The notes under the pieces were generated by a model. That model was not told the DNA's origin. It did not search any database and saw only the letters and a program-made list of their open reading frames with translations. Source: Azolla caroliniana (Eukaryota; Plantae; Polypodiophyta). From it: 64,000 bases of DNA. Positions 12,187 to 24,392 of the stretch are shown piece after piece; within the stretch, counting starts at the first letter, position 1; every line of letters begins with the position of its first letter. The stretch spans positions 18,724,001-18,788,000 of the forward strand of contig JBHGNT010000005.1 of NCBI GenBank assembly GCA_043228905.1, read 5' to 3'. The translations under genes and the position numbers were made by a program.

Positions 12187-12399
12187 TGGATATACAATCT
12201 GTCGGGCTTATCTCCCTCGTGGATCTAGATTACAATTTGAATCTAAATTATAGGCATATGATTACAATTATAGTCTTTGACTCTTCTTGCCCTTTGATCA
12301 TCTCCTTTCCAATCGGCTTCTTGGCTACGCCATCTGCCTCTCGGTATTCTGGCTCCTTGGACTATGCCTTTTTGGCTTGTCTGATCGGACCGGTGTTCA

Positions 12400-13079
12400 A
12401 CTTACATGCTGCATTTGTTTGTTCGGCTTCTTTTTGCTCGGTCATTTGTCGTAGTCCCATTGTGTCCCTTAGTTATCTGAAGTGTTGTTTTGGGAGTGGC
12501 TTTGTCAGGAAATTGACGATATTCACCTCGGTGTCTATCTTCCAAACTTAGAGGTTCTTCTCCATTAGGAGCTCCCGGATGTGATGGTACCACACCTGAA
12601 TATGTTTCTTATTACCATGGTAGACAAGATTCCGAATGAAGTGTATTGCGCTCTGTGAGTCACAATAAAGAGTCGGCGTCGGATGGTCGATTTTGCTCTT
12701 TGACGAGAAGTTAGTCGAAAGTCGGAGCAACTAGATTACTTTCTTTGCTACTTCTGACGCGTCAATGTACTTGGCCTCTATGGTCGACAGGGCCATGCAC
12801 TCTTGCAATTTAGACCTTTAGGGTATTGTGCCACCGCCATAGATGAATAAGTAGCCAAACGTAGACTTCCGATTGTCCGGATTGCGGTGTAGTCAAAGTT
12901 TGTATAACCTTTGACTTCGGTCGGGTTGGCCGATCCGAAAGTCAATTGTACATCTTCAGTTCCTCATAGATACCTGAAGATGTTCTTCACAACCTCCCAA
13001 TGCTTCCATCCTGGGTTTGACATGCACCGGCCGACAACCCCTACAACACATGAAAGATTGGATAAAGTCGCCACCATTG
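12400..13079 (-). mobile_element. Host Copia 'H' RT/RNase H relic, left part
   Basis: LYCDSQSAIH...YHGNKKHIQVWYHHIRE. Reading continues across the 13080-29434 insertion as IPYASAIGSIMY-TM-VAT. Confidence 0.85.
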
Positions 13080-13960
13080 TGATGGGATTCGATCCCTATG
13101 ATTAGTGATGAAGATCGACTGTGGAATACACAATAACACGGAAAGAACAGAAAACAAAAAATGCATAGTACACAATGTTTAACGTGGAAACCCTAAACGG
13201 GGAAAACCACGAGAGAAATAGATTTTCCACTATACAATAGGAAATACAAGGGAGACAAAAATACAACACTCTCTCTGCACATAGTGTATCAGCCACACAC
13301 GACTCTTGTTGTCTAAGCTCACACAGCTATGACGCCACACTCTCTATCACTCACTTTCACTACTCTTTGCAACTCACAGTTACAGGAACTCTACACAATT
13401 CTCCTCTTTCTGTTTTACACTCTACTCTACGTCTAAAGCTTTTCCCTAAGTGTATTTATACTTATACACCTTATGGGCTATTTACAAATGTAGTCCCTAC
13501 TACTCGAGCACTTCTATTATTATACTAATAATAATAGCAGTTGATCAGCCGACCGATCGACTAGTTAATTCGACTAGCCGACTCTTGTGTCAACTGTCTG
13601 GTTGGACTTACTAGTCGGCCTTGTCTCTGACCATCTGATCAGCCCGGCTAGCTGGTCGTGTCTTCGACCTGGATCACTTTGTATGCTATCGACTCTTCAT
13701 GTCAACTCTCTCTCAGTCGACTCTCCATGACATCGATTGTCGGCTCTCTATGTCCGACTAGTTGGCTCCTCCCATAGGAAGGACATATTCCTAACAAACT
13801 TGCCCGTCACTTCTATGGGTGTAGTCGATTAGTCGTGTCCTCTATCGACAAACTCTGAGTCTGTCCATTGGTAGGTTCTTTGTCAGCATGTTGAATCTAA
13901 TGTCGTCAGTATGGATCTTTATGTTGAGAAACAAATCGTCACTCCACAAGAAAAGGAATA

Positions 13961-14430
13961 CGCTTAAATACACAACTTGGAAATACAGAAAACAGTGTAC
14001 ATAGATTTAACGTGGAAACCCTGAAATGGGAGAAAACCACAGAGAACAAAAAACTTCACTATACATTGGATATACAGTGGAGAAGACTACAACACTCTTT
14101 GTGTGGAGTGTATCGGCCTCACAGGGCTCTTGGCATCTGCTGTTTCGAACACAACTATGGTGCCGCTCTCTCCTCGCTCTACAAAGTCACACTATCGTGC
14201 TCGCTTAAATACACAACTTGGAAATACAGAAACAGTGTACACAAATTTAACGTGGAAACCCTGAAATGGGAGGAAACCACGGAGAACAAAATACTTCACT
14301 ATACAGTGGAGGAGACTACAACACTCTGTATGTGGAGTGTATCGGCGTCACAGGTCTCTTGGCGTCTGTTGTTTCGAACATAGCTATGGCGCCACTCTCT
14401 CCTCGCTCTACAAACTCACACTATCGCGCT
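13961..14430. repeat. ~240-bp tandem duplication inside the 3' LTR of element B
   Basis: CGCTTAAATACACAACTTGG...CACACTATCG occurs at 13961 and again at 14202. The 5' LTR (23722 onward) has a single copy. Confidence 0.9.
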
Positions 14431-15398
14431 CAACAACAGAGGCTACAACTATAATTCTATATGTTCTGCTTGCCCTAGGTGTATTTATACTAATACACAG
14501 AATGGGCTATTTACAATCATGGCCATTATTATTATCTAATAATAATAATAATAATAATAATAATAGTCTTACTAATTAGCCGACTCATTCGTCGACTATC
14601 GGGTCGGTCCGACTAGTCGGCCCGATAATCCGTTCGTGTCTTCGACCCCGACAACTCTCCATGTCGACTCTCTCATAGTCGACTCCTCGACTGTCGGGTC
14701 TTATCCGACTAGTCGATTGCTACCTTGTCTTCGATTGTCGGCTCTTTCCGACCAGTTAGTTCCTCCCATTGGAGGGACATATTCCTAATAAACTCCCCCT
14801 TCACTCCAGTGGGGAGGGATTCGTTATTCTCGTCCTCTATGGACAGACTCCGAGTTTGTCTATCGGTAGGTTTTTTGTCAGCATGTTGGATCCATTGTCA
14901 TCAGTATGGATCTTCATAAGGGTAAACTCTCATTCCTTGACTTTCTCCCGTAACCAAGTATATCTCCTTTGTATATGCTTGGTTCGAGAGTGGTACGCAA
15001 CATTCTTTGCTAGATGTATGGCACTCTGGCTGTCACAACTCATTCACTGAGAAAAGTTTTCATCCAAATCAGCTCTTTGTCGGCCTCCATAGCTGCCATA
15101 TACTCTGCCTCTGTGGTCGACAAGGCCACAGACTTCTGCAGTTGTGATTGCCACGATACTGCTCCCCCTGCATAGGTTATCACGTACCTTGATGTGGATC
15201 GGCTTGAGTCTACATCCCCCGACGTGTCCGAGTTGGTAAACCCTTTGAGCATAGATTTTCCGACACCATAGCTAAGGCATACTCTCGAGGTGCCTTTCAA
15301 GTACCCAAGTATCCACTTCACCGCTGCCTAGTGTTCTCTTCCTGGATTACTCATGTATCGGCTTATTGTTCCCACAACAAAGGCTATGTCTGATCTCG

Positions 15399-17092
15399 TA
15401 TTAGAGATATGATCTAAAGTAAGCATATGATAAGGATAAAAGATAGATAGATAGAAAGGAGAGAGAGAAAGAAGGGCACCAATCCACCCGACAACCCCCG
15501 AGCGAAGGGATCGAGATGGACTTGAGCCTCGATCGGCGTCCCATACCACCATCGTGGCGTCGAGTCATACCTGGTGCTGGCGCGCTCGCTACAAGAGTTG
15601 ACCCACCACAATAACAGAGTCTCGACGTAGTCAAAAGATGATCAAATGAGGGTAGCTAGGCCTATTATTTATAGCGATACCCAAGGCCCCCAGGCAAGTT
15701 CACACTTGGCCTAATGGGTTGTCTCAATCCCGAGATTTAAAAGTAATCCTTCCCTTCTTTACACTCTCGTTTAACCCTCACACTTATCCACGTGTATAGA
15801 ATACTATGGTAAATTCTCACCACGGGATATTATATGGTCGTGCCCGTAACATACTCCCCCTCTTTAAAACATTGCACTCTTGCAATGGAAAGTTAGGGAA
15901 GTTAGTTCTAAGAGTATTTTCATGTTCCCATGTGGCATCTTTTATTGATTTATCCATCCATTTTATTTTAAATTCTTGGATTTCTTTAGTATGTAATTTT
16001 TTTGTTTTAACATCGAGAATTCTTTCTGGTACATGTGGTTTAGAAGATAATTCTTCAGAAGTAACCAAAGTTTCAGTTGTAACTATATTGTCGCCAGAAC
16101 CTAGAAGTTCTTTTAGACGACTCACATGAAAAACTTGATGAATTTCAATACCATCGGGAAGAGCGAGACGATAGGCTGATGACCCAATGAGTTTGAGGAC
16201 TGTAAAAGGTCCACAAAACCGTGGGGTTAACTTAACGCACTTACCCTTAGACAATGTCTTAGAATTGTGAGGTACACGTAAAAATACCTTCTGTTCAGGG
16301 TTGAATACACGAGGTTGCCTATGATGATCTGCAAACGCGCTCTATCTTGAGCTGTTTTTATATGATCTCGTGCAATATGCAACATATCTTGCATATCCCG
16401 AAGAAAGTTTTGCGTACTTCGCAACTCATCATGATGTATATTAACATCAATCGGGGCTCGTGGCTGAAAACCATACATCAACATAAAAGGACTATATCCC
16501 GTCGATATATGCTTGGAGCTGTTATAAGCAAACTCCAAAGTTGGGAGATAATGTTCCCATTTTGTTGGTTTTGTACCAACGTATGCTCGAAGCATGTCCT
16601 CAATAATTTGATTTACTCGTTCTGTCTTTCCATTGGATTGAGGATGATCCGTGGAGCTCATGCTCAATATAGTTTCTAACTTCTTAAAGACTTGCGTCCA
16701 GAAGTCACTAGTAAACTTTGGATCTCGATCACTCACGATATCCATCGGTAACCCATGAAAAAGAAATAACTCTTCAACGAATTGGTAAGCCAATTCAGGA
16801 GTTGTTACCCTGGTTTTTGTAGCAATAAATCTGGCCATTTTAGTTAGTTTGTCAACCACAACCCAGATGGCATCATGGCCTTTTTGGGTGCGAGGAAGGC
16901 TAACAATAAAATCCATGGATATACTTTCCCACTTATTATTGGCAATGTCCAAGGGATGTAAAAGTCTTGTGGCTTTAAGTTGCTCGGCTTTGTTAACCTG
17001 ACATTGGTGAAATTTAGTCACATAGAGCTATGTATGTCAGTACGCATCTTAGTATTCTATACACGTAATATTATATGGTCATGCCCGTAACA
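15399..17092 (-). mobile_element. Chromovirus Gypsy C1, internally deleted (integrase + chromodomain + one LTR), inserted in the RT of B
   Basis: LTR at 15399-15851 with the PPT next to it. WESISMDFI integrase, GPF motif, chromodomain 'PERILD...IKW...DATWE'. A short LTR end closes at 17092. TSD TCTCG/TCTTG. The host reading VMVCTRSDIA is restored across it. Confidence 0.9.
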
Positions 17093-19227
17093 TCTTGTGC
17101 AGACCATAACATACATTAGACTGCCGACGACTGAGGCATATGGTACTTTCCTCATCTCAGCCATTTCTTTCTACCCTCTCGGGCATTGCTTTGCATTTAA
17201 CTTGCAGTTAGCTGGTAACACAGAGCCGACCGGCTTTGCTTCCGACATGTTGAATCTTTCTAGGATCTTAGTCATGTATTTCTCTTGTGACAACAACATC
17301 AGTTTCTTAGTTCTATCTAAAACTATGTGCATCCCTAAGATCTACTTTGCCGGTCCAAGATCTTTCATGCCAAATGACTTGCCCAATGCTTTCTTCAAGG
17401 TACTGATCTTCCTTGTATCTTGACCAGCTATCAACATGCCATTTACATATAATAAGAGAATTAAGAAGTCACCTTCATCGTACCTTTTGACGAACACACA
17501 ATGATCCGACTGTGTTTTCTGGAACCCATGTTCCACCATGAAGGATTCAAACTTCTTGTACCACTGGCATGGGGCTTGTTTTAGACCATACAAACTTTTA
17601 TTCAGTTAACACACCAGGTTCTCTTTTCCTATCTCCTCAAAGCCTTCGGGTTGCTGCATGTAAATCTCTTCATCCAGCTCCCCGTGCAAGAATGTTGCCT
17701 TGACATCCAAGTGTTCGATCTCCAGATCTATGTTGGTCGCTATGCTAAGACTTCTGCGAAAATCTTGTCGAAGTCGACACCGTTTTTCTTTTTGAATCCC
17801 TTCACCACTATGCGGGCTTTATACATGGGCGCATTGTTAACTTCTCCAGTCTTCACCTTGTAGACCCGTTTATTCCTGAGTGCTCTCTTATCTTTTGGTA
17901 GCTCTACTAGGTCATAGGTATAATTCTCGTGCAAGGAATCCATCTCATCTTGCATTGGGCTCAACGGTTTCTCTCTGTGCTTATTGGCAATGGCTTCATC
18001 ATAGTAGTCTTGGTTACCTTTATTAGTCAAGAGGATGTATTGACTGACATATGTTGTCGATGCTCTCCTTTCTCTGAGTGGGTATCTCCTTCCACTCCTT
18101 GTCGGCTTCAGTTGGGATGTCTCTGCCGACTCTACTCTTGCCTCAGGTTCATGTATGCCGATTGGCTTCTCAAGGTTGGACGACTCCAACTCGTAATCCT
18201 CGATCGATCTTAATAGCTCTGCCGACTCAGACTCATAGTCGATCAGTCTCTTCGAGTCGACCGACTCGGATTCAGCTGCGCCGACTGTGTCGGTTCACTT
18301 GGCCTCAGGTCAGTGGTAGTGAGAGTCGATTCCAACTTCTGTTGCTTCCAGTCCTCAATCATCTTGTCTTCCAAGAAGACTATGTCCCGACTCCTCACTA
18401 CTTTCTTATCAAGTAAGTCCCACAGCCTGTAGCCGAACTCATCCTCTGAGTATCCCAAGAATATGCATGGCTTCAACTTACTGTCGAGCTTCGACCTTTG
18501 AACCTTAGGCACATGCATATACACTAGGCATCCAAATACCCTTAGGTGTCGATAGGAGACATGCTTTCCTATCCACACCCTTTGTGGGACATCACCTTTC
18601 AATGGTACTGAGGGGGACCAGTTGATCAGGTAAACAACCGTGTACGTCGCCTTAGCTAACAGATGTAGACCCTTCTCACTCATGTGGCCGAGCCTCTTAT
18701 GCCATAACTCTCCACTTGAGTCGGCTGCCACATTCACTTCCAACTTGCACAGTCGGGCATGCATCATATACAATGTGCCCTCTTTTTGTGCTCGGGCCAC
18801 AATGAGGTTTCCTCGGTAGAAGTTCCACTTGCCATTACGAAAGCTACCACTATAGCCTTCATTGTCCATCTTTCCAATCAATATCAAATTCAATATGATA
18901 TTAGGGACGTGTCGAACATCCTTCAGAGCCAGTCGACAACTTGTCAACGTCGTCAAACAAACACTTTTGATTCCGGCTATCTTGCACTCCCCACTGTCAC
19001 CCATCTTCATAACCATGATCACCGGCTATGTAAGTCGAGAAATACTCTCTCGACGGAGTTATGTGGAAAGATGCATCGGAATTGATCACCCAAGTGCATT
19101 ATTCACTTGCAAGATTTGCACTTGCCCATTCACAAATGAACAAGAGTTCTTCATTGCTCGTAACGATGGCTGAAGTGTTCTTTTCTTCAAGGATCTTTTT
19201 GTGTTCGACATTATTACCGACACTCTT

Positions 19228-22200
19228 GTCCCAGCGAGCCAAACTCATTGTATCTAGAGGCGCGGTATACGGCAAGACGAGAAGGAAGCCGTTTTACGCG
19301 AAGCTCACTGCGGAATGGTAGGAGGGCATTACGTAGGAGACGTTACGGCCCGAGAAGTATGGCAAGGGCTTTGGTGGCCAACTACGCAAAAAGACGCGTA
19401 TCAATATTGTAAAGAGTGTGACCTTTGCCAACGCATGGGCCAACCTACGGAGCTCGCATGGATGCCGCACCAGCTAGTGCCCCCGCTCAACCCCTTCCAG
19501 AAATGGGATCTCGATTTTGTTGGTCCCTTCACTCTGGTAGTGGAACGAACAGGGCATAAATATATAGTAGTCGCCACGGATTATTGCACGAAATGGGTAG
19601 AATCGAAAGCATTACGTGATAACACCACGGGATTGATGGCAAAATTCTTATACGAGCACATTTGGTGCCATTTTGGTTGCCCAATAGAACTCATAAGCGA
19701 TCAAGGAAGCCATTTTTTGAATATGGTTATCCACGACCTCACACACCATTACACCATAGTACATAAGAAGAGTACGTTGTATTATCCTCAGGCGAATGGA
19801 TTGGCGGAATCAACGAACAAGACGCTGCAGAATATCTTGAAAAAGATCGTTAATGAGAATAGAACAGACTGGGACACTAAGCTGCATAACGCCTTTTGGG
19901 CTTACCGCATGAGCTACAAGACAAGCATACAATCAACTCCCTTCCGACTAGAGTACGGTATGGAAGCCGTAATGCCCATAGAATTTCAGGTACCCAGCTT
20001 GCGTATTCAAGTCCGCGAAAGACTGTCAGAGGGTCAACCTGAATAGATACAATTACAACAATTACTGGAGTTAGGAGAAACACGAGTCCAAAGTATGGCA
20101 ATCTTGGAACACGAGCAGAGATGGCGTAAAGCGTTTGTAGGCCGACACCGAGGCACTAGTGAAAAACACTTCAAAGTTGGGTAAGCCATTTTAGTTTTCC
20201 AAACCAGGATGGGCCAAATGCCGGGACAGGGCCGTATTGGATAATAGGGGCGGAAAACGGAACCTTTCAATTAGGGACCCTTGCAGGCGAAATATTGTGG
20301 CAAAAAGTGAACAGGTTCTGCCTGAAGCCGTACTTTAGACCTATGCCACCGAATCCGTTTCACGTCATTGCTTCCCACGCCAACCAGTAGTCGGGACCCA
20401 CTTGTAAGAAATGTAACAGTAATATTGTACTTTACCGTTAAAAAATAATAATAATAAATAAATAAAAGAAGGAGAGGACAATCACAACTATTAAAGGGCT
20501 TTTATGCATGCACACTTTCCAAGGGAAAGAACACGCGTCGGCACAATGAGGCACATGCCCATGAACCCTAAGTCACAAAAAGAGGAGAACAGACAGTTTT
20601 CTGCACATTACAGAAAACATAATCAAGCCTTTTGCTCCCCTCGCTCTCCTCGTGCTCCTCGCTCTCCTCGCTCTCCAACTTTTCACAGGCATCACGATCC
20701 AAGCAACTCGCGTGCCCTTAATCACTCCTCGCACGATCCCTTCCACGGTACTATGTTGATCCCCATCTCCTCAGCACTGTGACGATGGCTCTTGGAAAAG
20801 GGCTTTAAAGGCTACATCCGGGTAGTAGAGGCATCACCGCACCCTGATGCCCAAGAAATCGCCAAGAAGCTCAATGTCGGCACAGTTACAAATGCCAGCA
20901 TTAGAAAGAAGCTGGGTTTGACGGTGGTAGGAGAGAAACATTTCGAGATCCCCCCTATAGAAGATCTGGAAAGATATTTCAGAGAATATTCAACCTCCGC
21001 CAAAGCCTACAGAACAAAGGACATTCTGAACGCTTTTTTCCGGGAGTTTGCAAATTTTTTATGAGAAGTCGGTTGCGTCCATGTGAACACTTATGGGATG
21101 CCGAAGCAGAAAGCCGACATTGTCATTACCACGTTCGAGGGCCGCACCATGGATTGGGGAGTAATCATAGGCCTAACGTTAAGAGAAGGCCTGCATGCCT
21201 TTCAAGCCGGGAAGAAGTTGCGTCCGATAATACAACAGTACTTAACTGTGTTGTTTCCTCCCCGAGAACTGCTTGCATCAAATAGAAGACCCACGCCTCT
21301 ACCTCGGTCCGCGAAACAACGATTAACAAACCTGGCGACGACAAAATGGGAGGAAGAACCAAACGCTACCATCATCGAAATAGCGCCGACGCAAGAGGAA
21401 AGGGTTTAGGTTAGCAAAAGTGAGCCTAGGTGCCAATGATATGGCAATAAAAAATAAAAATGTTTGGAAAACAGTAAAAATGACCCAGGAACAATTGAAC
21501 AAGGTGCAGGAGCACATCACACAACTAGAGTACAAGGCGGCCAATATGCAACCTCCCCCGGCCCCTGCGCCACATGACACGAAAGTTCAGACACTAAGGG
21601 AAGAGGTGGAGGCCCAAGCAACACTCACGGCAAAGGCAAAAAGGGCTACGAAGCTATCAGAAATAGAGATTGACCGCCTCAGATCATAACTCCGTCAATC
21701 ATCTGAGAGAGAAGCAGACATCAGGGCGAAAGGACGCGAGGCGGTCAAAACACTTCAAGATAAGCTCGATGCGGAGGTAGCGGTACATGTCCCAACAAAG
21801 GAAGAGAAGGAAAAGCTACAAGAGGAAGCAAGCAAAAAGGAGGCCGTCATTACGACGTTACGGGAATTAGCACAAAGGAAGAAAGCGTGTATGAAGAGCA
21901 GCTGGCACATGAGCATGAACAAACCCACCAAGTTGAGATACGCCTGAATAATGAAATGGGCCGGCTTGAGCAACTGCACTTGAAGGAGTCCTAGATTTGG
22001 GCATAGATGAAGACCCATTATGAAGAGGCGGCGACAACTAACAAAGGGAAAATTGAGAATCTGAAGAAGGCGCTGGAGGAGTCGCAAGCTCACTCCCAAA
22101 TACAAAAGGACTAGATCCACGTACTCTTCCAAACAAAGCAGGAACGGTTTATGGCGTAGCTGCAAGCAGCCTTGGACAAGGGCTAAGCTAGATGGGCAAA

Positions 22201-23091
22201 ACAAGTGGCCGAACTCCACACCTACCAAGCAGACTAGGAAAATCGGCGCAAAGAAGGTAAAGGATTCCATAAGCTAAATGAAGAGAGCATCGCCGTGGTA
22301 CGAGAAGACCTAACGCAGGACTATCATGCGTTAGCCGACCGGCACGTAGAGGAGATAACACAATTGCTGGAAGATTTCGGCAAAAGCCAAGAAGATATCT
22401 TCCACCAACTGTGCACGATTGGAAGTGAGCAACAGAGGGCGGAGGAATTGAAGAGGACAGAGGCTATTACCGTCCAGGATAGCAACTCCGCAGAGCAAAA
22501 CGAGCCTCCAACTGATCCTAATGACGCTCCGGACGTAACAGCAATGCCGGAGGCCCCCACACAAGAAACAAGCCTAGAAGAATCACGCCTAGATGTTTGT
22601 CCACGCCCAGCGACAAAGCCGCCAAGAAACAACGTTTCCTCACCCACGTAAATACCGCATAATAAATAAGCATATTAATTATAATAGAAGCTTTGAAGTA
22701 ACACGTATAACGGTTCACGCGGGAAGCGTAACCGACTAGGCCTTGTGTATATAAAGGACCTATGAACATTGTAAAGGGTCAGCGCATTTCTGAGCATAGT
22801 CGTTTAATATAGTTTTTGTTTTCTCTAAGCTCCATCTCTTATCTCTAGTCTCTTCTCTGTTGTCTCTGTGTGACTGTTTAAGCGTAAGTGTGTAAGAGGA
22901 GTACATGTGCGTAGTAACGCACATTAGGAGCTTGGTTGTAGCCGTCTCCAATTTTACGCCTTTAGTAAACACACTCTAACGGTATAAGTCAATACGTTCC
23001 AAGCGCTATGCAAGATCCTACCCTTGCACCATGATCACCTTGATACCTACCCCGAAGGACTGAGGTTAGGTAGTGTTCCTAACCGGCAACA
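19228..23091 (+). mobile_element. Non-chromovirus Gypsy 1 (5'-truncated): integrase, accessory ORF and terminal LTR region
   Basis: Integrase 'GGHY.GD.TA...WWPT...C..CQ', 'WDLDFVGP', 'SDQGSHF', 'YPQANGLAE'. TATA at ~22748. Ends ...GGCAACA at 23091, where the gag of B resumes. Confidence 0.85.
20504..22651 (+). pseudogene. Disrupted accessory ORF of Gypsy 1 (conserved N-terminal domain + coiled coils)
   Basis: Chain of same-strand ORF pieces (20504, 20792, 21083, 21420, 22295). The N-terminal domain aligns with 43711-44351(-). The C-terminal part is rich in E/K/Q heptads. Confidence 0.7.
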
Positions 23092-24020
23092 ACTTGGCTT
23101 GAGACTTTTCTCTCCTCGATGGAATCCATTACCGGTTCCTTCCTCTGCCGGTGTGGATTAGGACACCCTTGTCCTTCCTTCTCGCTTCCTCATTCAGGAT
23201 GCTTGTCTTCACCGCTTGTAAAGAAAAGTTCTCTTCTTGACAGGAGGTGTTGGGAGTAACCACCAGGTTCTCCCAGCTACCCGGTAGTGTGCACATCAGT
23301 AGGATGACTTGCATCGCATCATCAAGGGTACGATATTTCTCATCAATGAGGTTTTATTGAGGGCGTTCTTCCTCTTGTGTAGCCCTGACAGCTTCTGCCA
23401 CATCTTGTGGGCATTAGTGCCATTCGCCACATGCTGAAGGACACTCACATCGACACATTGTTTGATGGTGGGCATTACGTTTCTGTTAAGAAGTTTTCGA
23501 TCAAACTCCAATACCCCCCTAGGTATATATACTCTATCGATGGGTTCATATAGGTCTTTCACTATGAGGAGGTCTTCCATTTTGATCTTCCAGTCTGCAT
23601 AGTTTTGTGAGTTCAGAACTATTATACCTAGGAAGCCGCCCACACCTCCTTCCATGTTTGAAACTGAAGCTCTGATACAAGTTTGTTGAGAAATGAATCA
23701 TCACTCCGCAAGAGAAGGAATACGCTTAAATACACAACTTAGAAATACATAAAACAGTGTACACAGATTTAATGTGGAAACCCTGAAACGGGAGAAAACC
23801 ACAAAGAACAAAAAATTTCACTATACAGTGGATATACAATGGAGAAGACTACAACACTCTCTGTATGGAGTGTATTGGCCTCACAGGGCTCTTGGCGTCT
23901 GCTGTTTCGAACACAACTATGGCGCCACTCTCTCCTCGCTCTACAAACTCACACTATCACGCTCAACAACAGAGGCTACAACTATTCTATCTGTTCTATT
24001 TGCCCTAGGTGTATTTATAC

Positions 24021-24210
24021 CATAGTTCCTAATATTCGCGTACCTCCAATTTAGTGGACATATGCGAACGTTTGCATACGTTCGCGTATGATACACTACA
24101 TTCGTTTGGAATTTTTTTTTCCTTTTTGTTTTTTTTAGTTTTTTTCTGATATTCATAATTCTCTCTAGACATACACAACCACTGTCTCCTCACACATGCA
24201 AAACAAGGCT

Positions 24211-24244
<34 letters not shown>

Positions 24245-24392
24245 TATGCAGTATGTACACCGTATGTATATATGATTATATCTATGTACCGCATATGGAT
24301 TTCAATCATACTCGAAGCCTTTTCTCGTATGAGTATGATACGAATATTGGCGTATGAGTATGGCACGAATGGGACGTATGGCTAGAACTATG
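24021..24392. mobile_element. hAT-type MITE in the 5' LTR of B
   Basis: TIR CATAGTTC...GAACTATG. 8-bp TSD ATTTATAC at 24013-24020 and 24393-24400. Absent from the partner LTR. Confidence 0.9.

Noticed and set aside
14012-14579. ORFs within LTRs (also 13102, 23774, 28646, 32645, 37398, 45855-46442, 52792)
   Set aside because: They recur only because the LTR or tandem DNA is repeated. No protein-level features.
20504-22651. Retroviral-type env gene
   Set aside because: No signal peptide or transmembrane segment is visible. It is better described as an accessory ORF.
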